From positions 19,552,412 through 19,616,411 of the forward strand of contig NC_068989.1 of NCBI RefSeq assembly GCF_001194135.2: a stretch of 64,000 nucleotides of DNA, given 5' to 3'. The notes under the pieces are model-generated. The model did not search any database, was not told the DNA's origin, and saw only the letters and a list, made by a program, of their open reading frames with translations. Origin of the DNA: Octopus bimaculoides. Its lineage: Eukaryota. The position numbers and the translations under genes are program-made. This document shows, in pieces, positions 1-11,866 of the stretch. Each line of letters begins with the position of its first letter. Positions within the stretch are counted from its first letter, which is position 1.

Positions 1-360
1 GAGACAATATTACAGTTAGCCCTGTTCTACATTTGTATACATATCAGGTTACACACATCATTATTATAATCTAATGCTGTTTTAATTCCATGTATTGATT
101 TAACACAATCCTGGTTGGCTTCCTCACTAATCAGTAAATGTTTCATTTGTTGATTTCTGTATTGGAATGAAAGCCCCAACTTATCTCAGAATGACCAAGA
201 ATACTTGTCACTGAGGAGACTAAATCAAGTGGAAACACAAGTGTTTGACAGCCTGCTGATGTCATTCTCAATGAGTTCCATGCTTTTAACAAGAAATCTT
301 TTAAGAGAAATTTCTCTCAGATAAAGTATTACAGCTAGTACTGTCCTACATTTATATATA

Positions 361-1572
361 TTGGGTCATCCTATAAATAATGCAGGTTTTTTATACTTTT
401 TTTACTTTTCAAAATTAAGATAGACTTGCAAGGCTCCTCTTCCAAAATTCACTTGTCTGTGACAAAAAATACTACTCCAGTACTGTTCTGACCTCGTCTA
501 CAGAATTAATATTTTTTCTAACCAAATGATTTTGAAGACTGCAGAATAAATGATAATCAAATGGGGCAATATCCGACGAATATGGTGGGTGGGGCATTGT
601 TTTCCATTCAAACTGCTCCAGCCTTTGGACTGTCATCCTCACTTGATGTGGTCGAGCATTATCCTGATGGAAGAACACCTTTTGTCTTAAAACCAAAGAT
701 GGTTGTTTTTCTTCTAGCACTGACTTAAGCTGCTCAAGCTGCTTACAGTAGATCTCCTTTGTTATCATTTGGTTTGGGTTTAAAAGTTCAAAGTGGAATA
801 AACCTTTCATACCCCACCAAACAGGTAACATCTTATGTGAATGAAGATCTCTTTTAGCCTGGGGTGCCAGTGTTTCTCCTTTCCCTACCTACTGTCTTTG
901 GCACTTGACATTTTTATAGAAAACCCATTTCTCATTACCAGTCACTATTCGGTTAAAAAAAGGTTCATTTGTGAGACGTGACAGTAAAGAAGAGCACACA
1001 TTCACTCTCTGCACATGATTAGACTCAAAAAGTTTATGAGGAACCCATTGACCCAATTTGCTGACTTTTCCGATGGCACACAGGTGTTGATGAATGTTTG
1101 AATGACCAAATCCAAGATTCTCTAGTACTTCCTCAACAGTTACGATGGGATCTTGTTTCACTAGGGTATACAGAACTTCCTTATCAAGATCTACAGATCT
1201 CCCAAGACGAGGCTCATCTTCTAGGCTGTAGTTTCTGGCTCGGAATTTCTGGAACCACCATTGATGCTGCCTTACGCTTATTGTCTGATATCCATATACT
1301 GCATTAATATTCCTTGCACTTTCCATTGCATTGTTGCCTTTATTGAACTCATAAAGCAAAATATGCTGAACATGCTTTGTCACTTCTATTATAGCTTTGA
1401 AAAAATAACTGTTAAAATCAAACTGCACTCTTCAAGACTTGCACTAAGAATAAAGACAAGGTAAAATTACTACATACTTTTATAGCAAGTTGATGCAAGT
1501 AGTTATCCCATTCCCCTCCGACTTTTAGCTCATGCAATTGAAAAAACTGCATTACTTATGGGAGCATTACTA
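361..1572 (-). mobile_element. Mariner (Tc1/mariner, DD34D) transposon relic with broken transposase
   Basis: ORF 889-1428 has mariner HTH/linker motifs (LEDEPRLGR, WVPHKL, IVTGNEKW; first catalytic D reads N). ORF 472-831 has HQDNARPH...YSSDIAPFDYHLF, with exactly 34 residues between the two Ds. Imperfect TIRs at about 361-390 and 1541-1572. Confidence 0.92.
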
Positions 1573-1786
1573 ATGTTATTTCCAGTGTGTATATTGATCT
1601 AACTTTGTGGGGAGTGGGGGTGGAAAGAAATAACATAGTTAATCAATCTACAACTTTTCACAACAATCTGTTCCCCCCCCAAAAAAAACTCAAAAAATTC
1701 ATTGTTATATGAAAAAAGACAAAAAAATTCTTTTCTGAAAATAAATGCTAATCAGATTAAACTTAATCTAAATTATAACGTTCTAC

Positions 1787-1834
1787 CTTGAAGTAATTCA
1801 AGCAAAAATGCTAATAAGAATACCACAAGATACT
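1787..1834 (-). other. Candidate 48-nt exon of an unidentified minus-strand gene
   Basis: Acceptor tcttgtttttaag| and donor caag|gtagaa. Read in phase 2 it gives LVSCGILISIFA*. No homology recognised. Confidence 0.3.
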
Positions 1835-2899
1835 CTTAAAAACAAGATGGTAATAGACTGCATGCCTTTTTATGTCAGATAGACATATTACATATGTATT
1901 ATATTTGTAGTGTTTGTAGTAGGACATATGTGTTTATAAGTTAAGATTAGCTAAATATCATTAATATTTATTTATTTTAGAAGTAATAACATTCTAGAAT
2001 GAAATCCAGTTTGGTAAACAAACCTTTATAAATTGTCAGAACAGCAGGTTACCATGCTCTCTCCTCCCACTCCCTATCATGCCCAATACAGCCAGCCACC
2101 GTTATTACTTCATCAGTTACTGCATCTCACCATTCTACTGGTTAAGTTCTTCTCCCCTTCCACTTTTAGAAATTCATGCCTTCCAACAACCTGCCCCCAA
2201 CCCATTACTTCAATTACCACAATTTCCACCAGTCAACTGTAAGGAGCTCCCATTCTTCTTATCTCTTCCAGGATGCAACCTGCTAGTATAATGTCAGCTC
2301 ACCCACACTGCCTTTCATTTTTCAGAACTCATACACTGTAAACAAAACTACAAGCTTACCATAACCTCTTGCTTCCTTCATTACCACCAGTCTGTTAGCA
2401 TCCCTAGCAACATTATGGAAAGACAGGAGACATAATGAAGACAACCATTGACTATAAGAGCAGAAATTCTGAAAAATTTGCACAAGGGAGTCAAGAACTC
2501 CATAAGACACAGGGAAGCCAACTTGTCTGGGAGAGCAAATCTCTTCTTCCGTGTCTAATGTCTTCTGTCAGCTAGTCCCTTTTTCACTTCTAGAATTCTT
2601 GCACACCAAATAAACCACCTGCTTACAACAAGCTGTCTCTTTCCTTAATGCCACTACACCCATGGCAGCATTATGGAGAGAAATGAGCCTTAATGAAGGT
2701 AACTTGACTCAGGGAAAGTAGAATGCCTGAAAATTCTGCATGGGGGGATGTGGACACTACAAGCCTCAGCGAAGGCAAACTAACTTGGAGAATAGCAACT
2801 CTGAATAACAAACATAGTGTGAAAGGAGTACTTTACTCCTGCTAGACAATCTTTCTAATGTAGTTGATATGATATATTGAATCCATGCTGTTATGTGAT

Positions 2900-3243
2900 T
2901 TGTGAGCGTCACCTTCCTGGCACTTGTGCCGGTGGCACATGTAAAGACATTCAAGCGAGATTGTTGCCAGTGCCCCTGGACTGGCTCCTATGCAGGTGGC
3001 ACGTAAAATACACCATTTTGAGTTTGGCCGTTGCCAGTACCACCTGACTGGCCTTTGTGCCAGTGGCACGTAAAAGCACCCACTACACTCTTGGAGTGGT
3101 TGGCATTAGGAAGGGCATCCAGCTGTAGAAACTCTGCCAGATTAGAGCCTGGTGTAGCCATCTGGTTCACCAGTCCTCAGTCAAATTGTCCAACCCATGC
3201 TAGCATGGAAAGCGGACGTTAAACGATGATGATGATGATGATG
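2900..3243 (+). mobile_element. RTE-tail-type SINE/LINE 3' end
   Basis: Contains TTAGGAAGGGCATCCAGCTGTAGAAAC...ACCCATGCTAGCATGGAAAGCGGACGTTAAACG and ends in a (GAT)n tail. More than 15 related copies occur in the window. Confidence 0.85.
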
Positions 3244-3469
3244 AAAAGGCATCTTACTGGGAAAAACCCTGTAAATATGACTGTCAATTCAATGAAAAAA
3301 CCCTAATTGGAAATGCAGGACAAACACTATCATGTTAATAGTGTGTAGTAATCAAGTGGAAACATCTAGCCATGGGTAAAAACCTTTCATGACATCAAAC
3401 AGTTGCACAAACTCTTTTCCTTTCATGTATAGGAAACAGACATCAAGCAAATGACCCATCAATGCTGGT

Positions 3470-3675
3470 ACAATGAAAGGTAGGTCTAGTGAAATTGTAG
3501 AAATGCAAGAACAGAATAAATGTAGAGTGGATGTGTGCTGTGTACAAGGTGAGCCGGAGGGGAGGGGCTCAACCAGATTCTTCATGGGTAATACAATACA
3601 CCACTACAAATACGTTTTTTTTTTCTGGTGGTGGGGTAGATATATTGTTGGCAGTGAAATGGATAGATAAGGTGT
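3470..3675 (+). mobile_element. RTE-clade LINE endonuclease relic
   Basis: Translates KGRSSEIVEM...VDVCCVQ...GSTRF. Homologous to the relic at 33190-33460. Confidence 0.7.
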
Positions 3676-4994
3676 TAGTATCTATTATAATAAGTTATTG
3701 AAACACAAATAAAATTTTAAGAAGTACATGTTCTTGCAGTGGTTTGTATACACAAACTGAGATGCACAGCAGTATATAAACAGAAACTAAGTACTTTTGT
3801 CCTTTTGCAGTTTCTTTTTACAGTTTGACATTTTAGTTCCAAAACATTTTGATGTGTTGGTAAATAGTAAACAAGCTTGAGTGATATGATCTCTGATGTG
3901 GGCATGCTTATGAAATATAATGAATGTTTAATGTATAATCACTATCATAGAAAAATGTAACATCTCCATAGTGATTAAAGCTCTACATTACATGTCAGTT
4001 AGACTGAACAAAAAATAATTTATGCCATCCACATATCACCAGGCACTTGGAAACAAAACAAAATTGAAAACATTTAGTTCTCATGTTTAATGTATAACTT
4101 TTAGATTTAAGAATCCAGATACGAAGTGTGTATTATACACACACACACACACATGTATGCACACAAACACTCAACAGACTGGCTTCTGTACATTCCTGTA
4201 CCAAATTTCACTTGCAAAACTTTGACTGACACAAGGTTACAGTAGAGGACACTTGCTCAAGGTGTCATGCCATGAGACTGAACAGAGGCTAATAATTGCA
4301 AATCAGGCTTGTTAGCCATATCTGTGTATCATATTACTGTAAGCAGTTAAATAAGTTCTTATTTTTTCTTACAACAGATTCACACTAACACATATATATA
4401 TACATTATCATTCAACCACTAACGTGGTTAAATATATTCTTAAGTCCACCATTTCGTCAATTGCAGCAGCTTCCAAGCTTCACCACTAATTCAGTTCCCA
4501 ACTAAATTGCAAACTGTTAATAGTTTTAAAGAGGACACCTCCTCAGCTACACTTTGGCATAAATAGTTTGAACTGTGAGGAGCTGAGCTAATCATGTATA
4601 TTTCATTCCATAGTTTGAGATTTTAAAATAATAGTATACTTTTCTTAGGCTTAAATGATAGAAAAATGCACGAGGAGCTGTTAATATAACCCTTATATGC
4701 AACTACATCTAAAATAGTGGACTTCTGTACATGATCAAAGGCACCCAATATTTTTGTTTACATGTTGAAAAGAGAGAGAGAGAACTATTGTGTAGAGATT
4801 GGAGTGGGGGTTCATGTTTTCCTGTTCTAAGCTAGAAATGAGACTGAAGAATCAATCCATCTTTATTTGTCAATCAAATAGAGGAAGACAACAATGATGG
4901 CGGTGGTGATTTGTGATGGTGGTGATTGTTGTCACTGTGGTTGTGTAGTTCGATGATATCCCTGACTGAGATAACTTTTAAGTGGCTAACTTAC

Positions 4995-5006
4995 AATTTT
5001 GCTTTG
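4995..5006 (-). other. Candidate 12-nt microexon (CAAAGCAAAATT)
   Basis: Long pyrimidine tract ttttttctctcttttag| immediately followed, 12 nt later, by a consensus donor |gtaagt. Confidence 0.5.
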
Positions 5007-5420
5007 CTAAAAGAGAGAAAAAATTCTCAATCTATTGAAATTTGAAAAATGTAAAAGAAAAGGAAAACTAACAGTAATTATTAATGCTACTCATAGAAAT
5101 TAATTTGCATATTTCAAGAGAAAATCTGAAATTTGTTTGCAGGTAAAGCGACAGCTATGGACATGTTTCAAAACCTCCCTTGCAGGTGAAATTTCACCTG
5201 TGTTAAAATTTGAAAGTGTCTTCTGACAAGGTGTCTAAAAACCAATGTAAAAAATTAAAAAAAAAACATTTTGGATATAAATAGTAGTAGGAATATGCAT
5301 CTCGGTCTTGAGAAGCCATGGATCTGAGCCTGAAGAAATTATGTCAGTTGCTGATGGTGGTACAGCATCTAGTGTGGCTGTAGAGGCTCATATGGGAGTG
5401 GCTATCATGCATACAAGGAC

Positions 5421-5600
5421 TGGACTGCATTTGAAGGAGTCCTCTGCTGGTTACAAATGATCACCCACGCTGGAGACAAATACTGCAAAAGGAGATGAAG
5501 CAAGGGGAAGAAAAACAGGAACTTGCCACTAAAGAAAAGTGCACTCGACAGAATGAAAAACCCAGTAGCACTAGCAGAGAGCTCCTTCAAATGCAGTCTA
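5421..5600. mobile_element. 180-bp element with ~30-bp terminal inverted repeats (MITE-like)
   Basis: tggactgcatttgaaggagtcctctgctgg (5421-5450) versus ctagcagagagctccttcaaatgcagtcta (5571-5600). Confidence 0.65.
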
Positions 5601-5883
5601 TCTGTCTGTCTGTCCATCCATACATATATATATGATGCTTATCTAACGTCTTTATAAATGATTTAATGCCATATAATTGCCTGTCTATCTCTTATCATAT
5701 ATATATCTTTATATATACATCATCTTTATCATCATCATATCATATGTATATATATGTTTATATATTTATGGATAATTTAATTTGGTAGTTGTTCTGACTT
5801 GTATTCCTTTTAGCAAACTTTTTTTTTACATTATTTACATCATTTACATTCGACGGATATTTGTCCTCATCTTGTTTGTTGTT

Positions 5884-5929
5884 AACACAACGTTTCGGCT
5901 GATATACCCTCCAGCCTTCTTCAGGTGTC
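5884..5929 (-). ncRNA. Minimal type-I hammerhead ribozyme motif in a Penelope-type repeat (~5780-5990)
   Basis: GACAC-CUGAAGA-A-GGCUG(10-nt loop)CAGCC-GAAA-CG-UU-GUGUU. Stems I and II and the core are present, and stem III is reduced to the palindrome AACGUU. Confidence 0.7.
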
Positions 5930-6039
5930 TTGGGGAAATTTCAAACTTGGGTTCTCATTCCTAAGGTATTTTCAATGTTGTTGTTGTTATTATTATTATT
6001 ATTATTAAAATTAAAAGAAGAGTGCCATTTGCTATCTTG

Positions 6040-6080
6040 TGAACAATATTTCGACATCTCGCGTGTCTTCAATTGGTTCA
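6040..6080 (-). other. Hammerhead-architecture relic with mutated core
   Basis: UGAAC-CAAUUGA-A-GACA(loop)UGUC-GAAA-UA-UU-GUUCA. Stems are perfect but the core is CAAUUGA instead of CUGANGA. Confidence 0.5.
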
Positions 6081-6881
6081 AAAAATAAATTTGTCAATCT
6101 ACTTCATTTTGGTTAATATAGAAAGGATTGAGGTAACTCCTCCTGAAGACATAGAGTCAAAATTAAAAGAAGAGTGCCATTATTATTATTATTATTATTA
6201 TTATATTTTAAAAAGGATTGCCGTAACTCTTCATGAAGGTAAATAGTCAAGACGAAGAGCAAGATTCGATTGTATAAATGTTTTATTTGTTGAACAATAT
6301 TTTAATCACAATGAAGAAGATTTTCCCCAAGGTATACAAATGAGAATTCCTGCAGATGCAATAACAATGACCAGTGCAAAAATGCCAGGAGAAATAATTT
6401 ATTAGAATTGAAATTATCAGCAATATCTGAATTTAGTAAAAAAAGTGGATAAAATATTGAATGTAGCAAATTTCCTTTAGGGTGTACATATTTTTGTAAT
6501 GTTTGAAAATTAATATTCATAACTTTGAAAATGTTTATTTTGTGTTCCAAATTTGTATAATGTTTGCGTGTATAATATATTTTATTCAGTATAAATTTCA
6601 TTTGATTTCCTTCAATGTTATCAGAGTAATGGCAATTTTACTGAAATATTTTAGGGGTGTACATGCTTCTGTGAGATACTGTACACACACACACACACAC
6701 ATATATATGACACGCTTTCACATAGTTTCCATCTGTAAAATTCACTCACAGGGCATTGGTCATCCGAGGGCTATAGTAGAAAACACTTGCCCAAGGTGCC
6801 ACACAGTGAGGTTGAACCTGGAAATACATGGTGCAAAGCAAGTTTCTTACTTCTTTATGGTTGCTAGTTAAATAGTATAGG

Positions 6882-7341
6882 TGAGTATTCATTTTCACAC
6901 CTAAAAAAGAAAACGAAAAAATTATCCAAAATTCTGTTGATCAGTGCCAAGCAAACAACTTGCTGGTGAGATTCAGCAGTTCAGAATTTGGCTGTGAAGA
7001 ATCGTATTTTCTGTTATTTAATCTCTAACCATGGAAAAATTAAATAATTTACTTTATAAAAACTAAATAAATGAAATATCATATTTTACTTCATAAATTT
7101 GGAAATTATTCAAATAAATATTTATGATGTAAAATACAAAGATATTTTATTATACCTTTTTTTTTTTTTCATGAAGTAAATTATTCAATTTTTTTCTTGG
7201 TTAGATGTGCTTAGAGATTAGCTAACAGAAACAAATTTAGTCGCAGCCAAATTCTGAATTGCTGAATCTCACCAGTGCTTGGCACTGATCAGTGAAATTT
7301 TAGCTAATTTTTTTTTTTTAAGGTGGAAAAATTAATACTCA
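6882..7341. mobile_element. Foldback/MITE element with ~120-bp terminal inverted repeats
   Basis: tgatcagtgccaagca...ctggtgagattcagcagttcagaatttggctg is mirrored by cagccaaattctgaattgctgaatctcaccagtgcttggcactgatca. The inversion extends out to tgagtatt/aatactca. No TSD identified. Confidence 0.85.
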
Positions 7342-7414
7342 ATTCCACTGTTTAACTATCAACCATGAAGAGCCAGAAAGTTTTCTCACTAGATGTCATT
7401 TCATAATCACTTAC

Positions 7415-7441
7415 AATCCAACAAGGTTAAACTCAAAATTT
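7415..7441 (-). other. Candidate 27-nt exon
   Basis: Acceptor tttcttttattttaacag| and donor |gtaagt. In phase 2 it reads (R)NFEFNLVG(F). Confidence 0.5.
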
Positions 7442-8589
7442 CTGTTAAAATAAAAGAAATTACTCAATATCTTCAAATGGCCAAAGGTTAAAACAGAAAA
7501 TAATTATGGTGCAGGTATAGTTGTGTGGTAAGAAGTTTGCTTACCAACCACATGGTTCCAAGTTTAGTCCCATTGTGTGGCACCTTGTGAGTAGATTTGG
7601 TAGACAGAAATTGAAAGAAGCCCATTGTTTTCTTCATTCTTCATCACTTAACATCCACACTGGCATGGGTTGGACAGTTTGACAGGAGCTGGCAAGGCCG
7701 GAAGCCATATCAGGTTCCATTGTCTGTTTTGGCATACTTTCTATGTTTGGATGCCCTTCCTAATGCCAACCATTTTACAGAGTGTACTGAGCAGCTTTTA
7801 TGTGGCACCAGAACTAATGATTTTTACATGGCACCATCACTGTGCATGTGTGTGTGCGTATGTTTGTCACCTTGTCTTGACCTTGTGTGATAGTTGTAAA
7901 ATGGTTGTCACTGTAATACAAGCAGTGTCATTCAGTTCCACATTCCTGTGAGAGCATGTCTGGCTATGGGAAAATATTACCTTGTTTGGCAAGAGGAAGA
8001 GCATCCAGCCCTAGAAAAAAATTGTCCCAATAAACTCCATCCAACCCATACAAGCATGGAAAAGTGGATGTTAAAATGATGATGGTGATGGTGATGATTA
8101 AAATAAGAGAAATTAATTAAATTCTTTCCACAGCCAATAGAATTGTCTCATGATCACCTGTGGTGGTGCATATTCTAACCTCTAGCACATAGATGTATTG
8201 TCACTTCTTTGAGATTTTACCCAACAACTAAGGTGGCTTCTACTCCTCAAAGTAGGCTGGTCTCATGCCACCTCCACTGGAGTAAAATGACTGAGTGCAG
8301 CTGTTTGGACAATGATGGTTTGGTATGGCTGACTGTACATTCAGCCTACTTTAGAGGCAACTTTTTAAGCAAAAACACACACACATTACAATTCAACATG
8401 CTTGACAAAAACACTTTCCCTCTCATACAAATAAAGAGAAATATGCCGGCACACACAAACAGAGAGAAAGAGAAGGAGGGAGAGAACAAGAAAAACATTA
8501 AAATGTCTGATATCAAATAAGTCAGTATTAAATCAATGACATCAACAGGTGGAGGCAAAACAACTGTGCCGAAATGTCTCATAACTTAC

Positions 8590-8636
8590 CTCCTATCACA
8601 TACTCTCGACTCATTCATCTCTCCTCTTTTCATTAC
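8590..8636 (-). other. Weak candidate exon, or merely a strong donor site
   Basis: Strong donor gag|gtaagt at 8589. The acceptor has a poor pyrimidine tract and could itself be a donor (tag|gtaatg). Confidence 0.2.
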
Positions 8637-8813
8637 CTACAGCCTAGTGCTAAGCTATTAACATTGTATCTGCATATTTACCCTGCAGTTGTCTACTTGA
8701 CATAGTTGAAGTCAATCTCACTAATCTCATAGAGCCTAGTTCTTTACAGCTGTTTTAGTGACTGGTTGATGTAATATGTGCCTTATATGTGTACAAGTCT
8801 GCATTCACAGTTA

Positions 8814-8864
<51 letters not shown>

Positions 8865-9338
8865 NNNNNNNNNNNNNNNNNNNNNNNNNNNNNNNNNNNN
8901 NNNNNNNNNNNNNNNNNNNNNNNNNNNNNNNNNNNNNNNNNNNNNNNNNNNNNNNNNNNNNNNNNNNNNNNNNNNNNNNNNNNNNNNNNNNNNNNNNNNN
9001 NNNNNNNNNNNNNNNNNNNNNNNNNNNNNNNNNNNNNNNNNNNNNNNNNNNNNNNNNNNNNNNNNNNNNNNNNNNNNNNNNNNNNNNNNNNNNNNNNNNN
9101 NNNNNATGTGTCTACGCTTGCGTGTCTTTCAATGTGTCTGTGTCTTTTGTAAGTGCATGTGTGTATGGGGAGTGTCTGTATCACCTATATACTCTGTTAA
9201 TACGTGTTCGTTTGTATTTGTTTTTATTTATTTATTTGTTCATGTGTGTGTGTGTGTGTGTGTGTGTGTTTTTTTGTGTTTAATTAAATTTTGTTAACGT
9301 ATGTAGTATTTAATTCCATTTGTTTATCTATGTATTTG

Positions 9339-9370
<32 letters not shown>

Positions 9371-11805
9371 TATATGGGAGAATTTATGAAAAAAACAACA
9401 ACAGACGAGGACAGGTGGTGTAAACAACAAAAGGATGTGTTAGTTTAACGCTCTGGAACAGAGAAAGTTTTTAACGTTTTGAAAGAATACGGAGAAGAAC
9501 AAGGAGAAAAACACAGAGAAAAAAAATTTGAATGTTGTTGTATCATGGCGACTGCCGGACAGAAAGTTCACGCAGGAGAGCTATATATAGGTAATGAAAA
9601 ATTATAGAAGTGAACTCTTTTCAAGAAACAACAGTGTAGGGCTTAATTTATTGAGCGATTAGATTAATGTATTAATTTGAAAGAGACAAGTTCCAAAGTC
9701 AATAATACTCCTCATCAAAGCTTACACATATCTAAACACAGAGGGTGTATATAAGCCATTATAAGCATGCAAACATATAACATACAAAACCATATATATA
9801 CATATAATAGTGTAATTCCGTGCCCAAATCAAAGTTGGATAAGTAATTGCATAAATACATACAGATAAATTAAGAAGTCCAAGCTGATGAAATAACAGTT
9901 CACAATAATTCAAAAGGGAGTCCTTAAATGAATCTAATAAATAGAAAGAATCTTACGACCATTTCCAGGAATGTGCCAAGAAAAATGTAGGTAAAACTTT
10001 TTGGACTTCAGTAATCCATATTTCCTTCATCAGAGAATATGTACGGATTTGGAATTTTTAAACAAAATCAGATATATTATCTGTAGAGTGGTTGGTGTTA
10101 AGATAATAGGAAGGGCATCCAGCTGTAGAAATCATGCCAAAGCAGACATTTAGAGCACAATGTAGTCATTGGACCAGTCAGATCCTATCAAGTTGTCCGA
10201 CCCATACCAGCATGGAACATAGATATTAAATGATGATGAAGATGGTGTGTGTGTGTGTTTATCCAATCTACGGACATTGTTGTTGTTGTTTATTCCAAAG
10301 TTGGCTCTCATATAGCAGATCTATGGTTAAAGGTATTCCACTTGTGACCATCAATACTGTCCAATATGCTCTTCCTTTATTTACAATGACAAGGAGTGAT
10401 ATGAAGGAGATTTGGCTACTATTTCTAGCAGGCTGGTTGTGAGGGGCACAAACAAAAAGACACACACACACACAGTTTCTGTCTACCAAATTCACTCACA
10501 GCCCAGAGTTATAGAAAACACTTACCCAAAGTACCTTGCAGTGGGACTGAACCCAAAACTACATGGTTGCAAAGTGAGCTACTTAACTACAACAGTCATG
10601 CCTGCAACTTGTACAAAAAAAATCTCAACAATTTTGTATTTAAGAATGCACCATTGTCATTATCAATGCAATAATCAGGACAAGCTAATGAGTGAACCTC
10701 TACATGAAGGTTAGGAAAAGTTCACTTGCAGGCACAATTTTACTTGTGATAAAATCTGAAAGTGTTTTCTGACAAGATCTCTAAAAACCTATGTAAAAAA
10801 ACAAAACATTTTTGATACAAATACCAAAACAGTAATTTAAGATGTTGTTTACCTATGAATCTTAAATTTAAATATAGCTTCTCAGCACAGATTCAGTCCA
10901 TCTAGGTTCTTATGTACTTCCAATTTATCTCTGAAACAGTAGCCAAATTTCCCTCAAAATTTACCTGATTATCATTTTATTAACCTTTGCTGCAACTGAC
11001 TTCTTTGGCTTATGAGTTTATGGCGATGTTTACGTTTAGCATCCTAAATTTATTTACAGTGCAGGCTTGGTTGTGTGGTTAAGAAACTGACTTTGCAACC
11101 ATGTGGTTTTGGATTCAGTCGCATGGCACAGCATCTTAGGCGAGTGTCTTCTACTAGAGCTCCTGACCAACTAATGTCTTGAGAGTGAATTTGGTTGATG
11201 GAAACTGTATGGAAACCTGTCATATCTACCTATTTATCTATCTATTTATGTCTGTCTGTCCCTTGCTGTCAATGAGCATAAGCCCGAAGCATCGAAGATT
11301 TTTCCATTCTTCCTAAGTGTTAAACTAATTCACCAGCTTGTTGTTCCTTCACCTGAGAAATCACACACACACAAACACATCAGCATCAGATCATATATAT
11401 TTCATTTTTCATTTTATCTAGTTTCAGCTCATGAGCTGTGGCCATATATAAGTATTTACATATATTTTTATATATAATTTTTTTTGATAGTTGCTCCAGT
11501 TTAAATTCCTTTTTGCAAACTTCTTTTAATTCTTCATAATGGAATGAGATATGTAATATTAAATTTAGAAAGTTGAAATAGTTTCCAGGCACTTTAAAAC
11601 AACACAAAGATTTTGAAACAATCTTGATACAGTAAACAAAATGATCATATCAGATTCTATAAGCGCTTTACGGAAGGAAGAACCTCAGATTGCATTTAAC
11701 ACCAAAATCAAAAATACCTTTTGTAAGTTTCCAGAAAGACAGTCAGAAAATTTCACCATTAAATACACACAGTGAATGCAATAAAAATGACAGAAATAGG
11801 CTTAC

Positions 11806-11866
11806 CTTGTATGAACTACAAAAGTAAGGAATGCGTATATTCCAGGATCAATTGATTTTGCCTTCT
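11806..11866 (-). CDS. Candidate 61-nt coding exon, copy 1 (KAKSIDPGIYAFLTFVVHT), unidentified protein
   Basis: Acceptor tatgtttttcatag| and donor aag|gtaagc. Only one frame is open. Four of the six codon differences versus copy 2 are synonymous in this frame. Confidence 0.55.

Noticed and set aside
9545-9590. Plus-strand ATG exon MATAGQKVHAGELYI with a good Kozak context and donor
   Set aside because: It lies within a Penelope-type dispersed repeat (~9375-9600) as I recall the family, and no downstream plus-strand exons were found.
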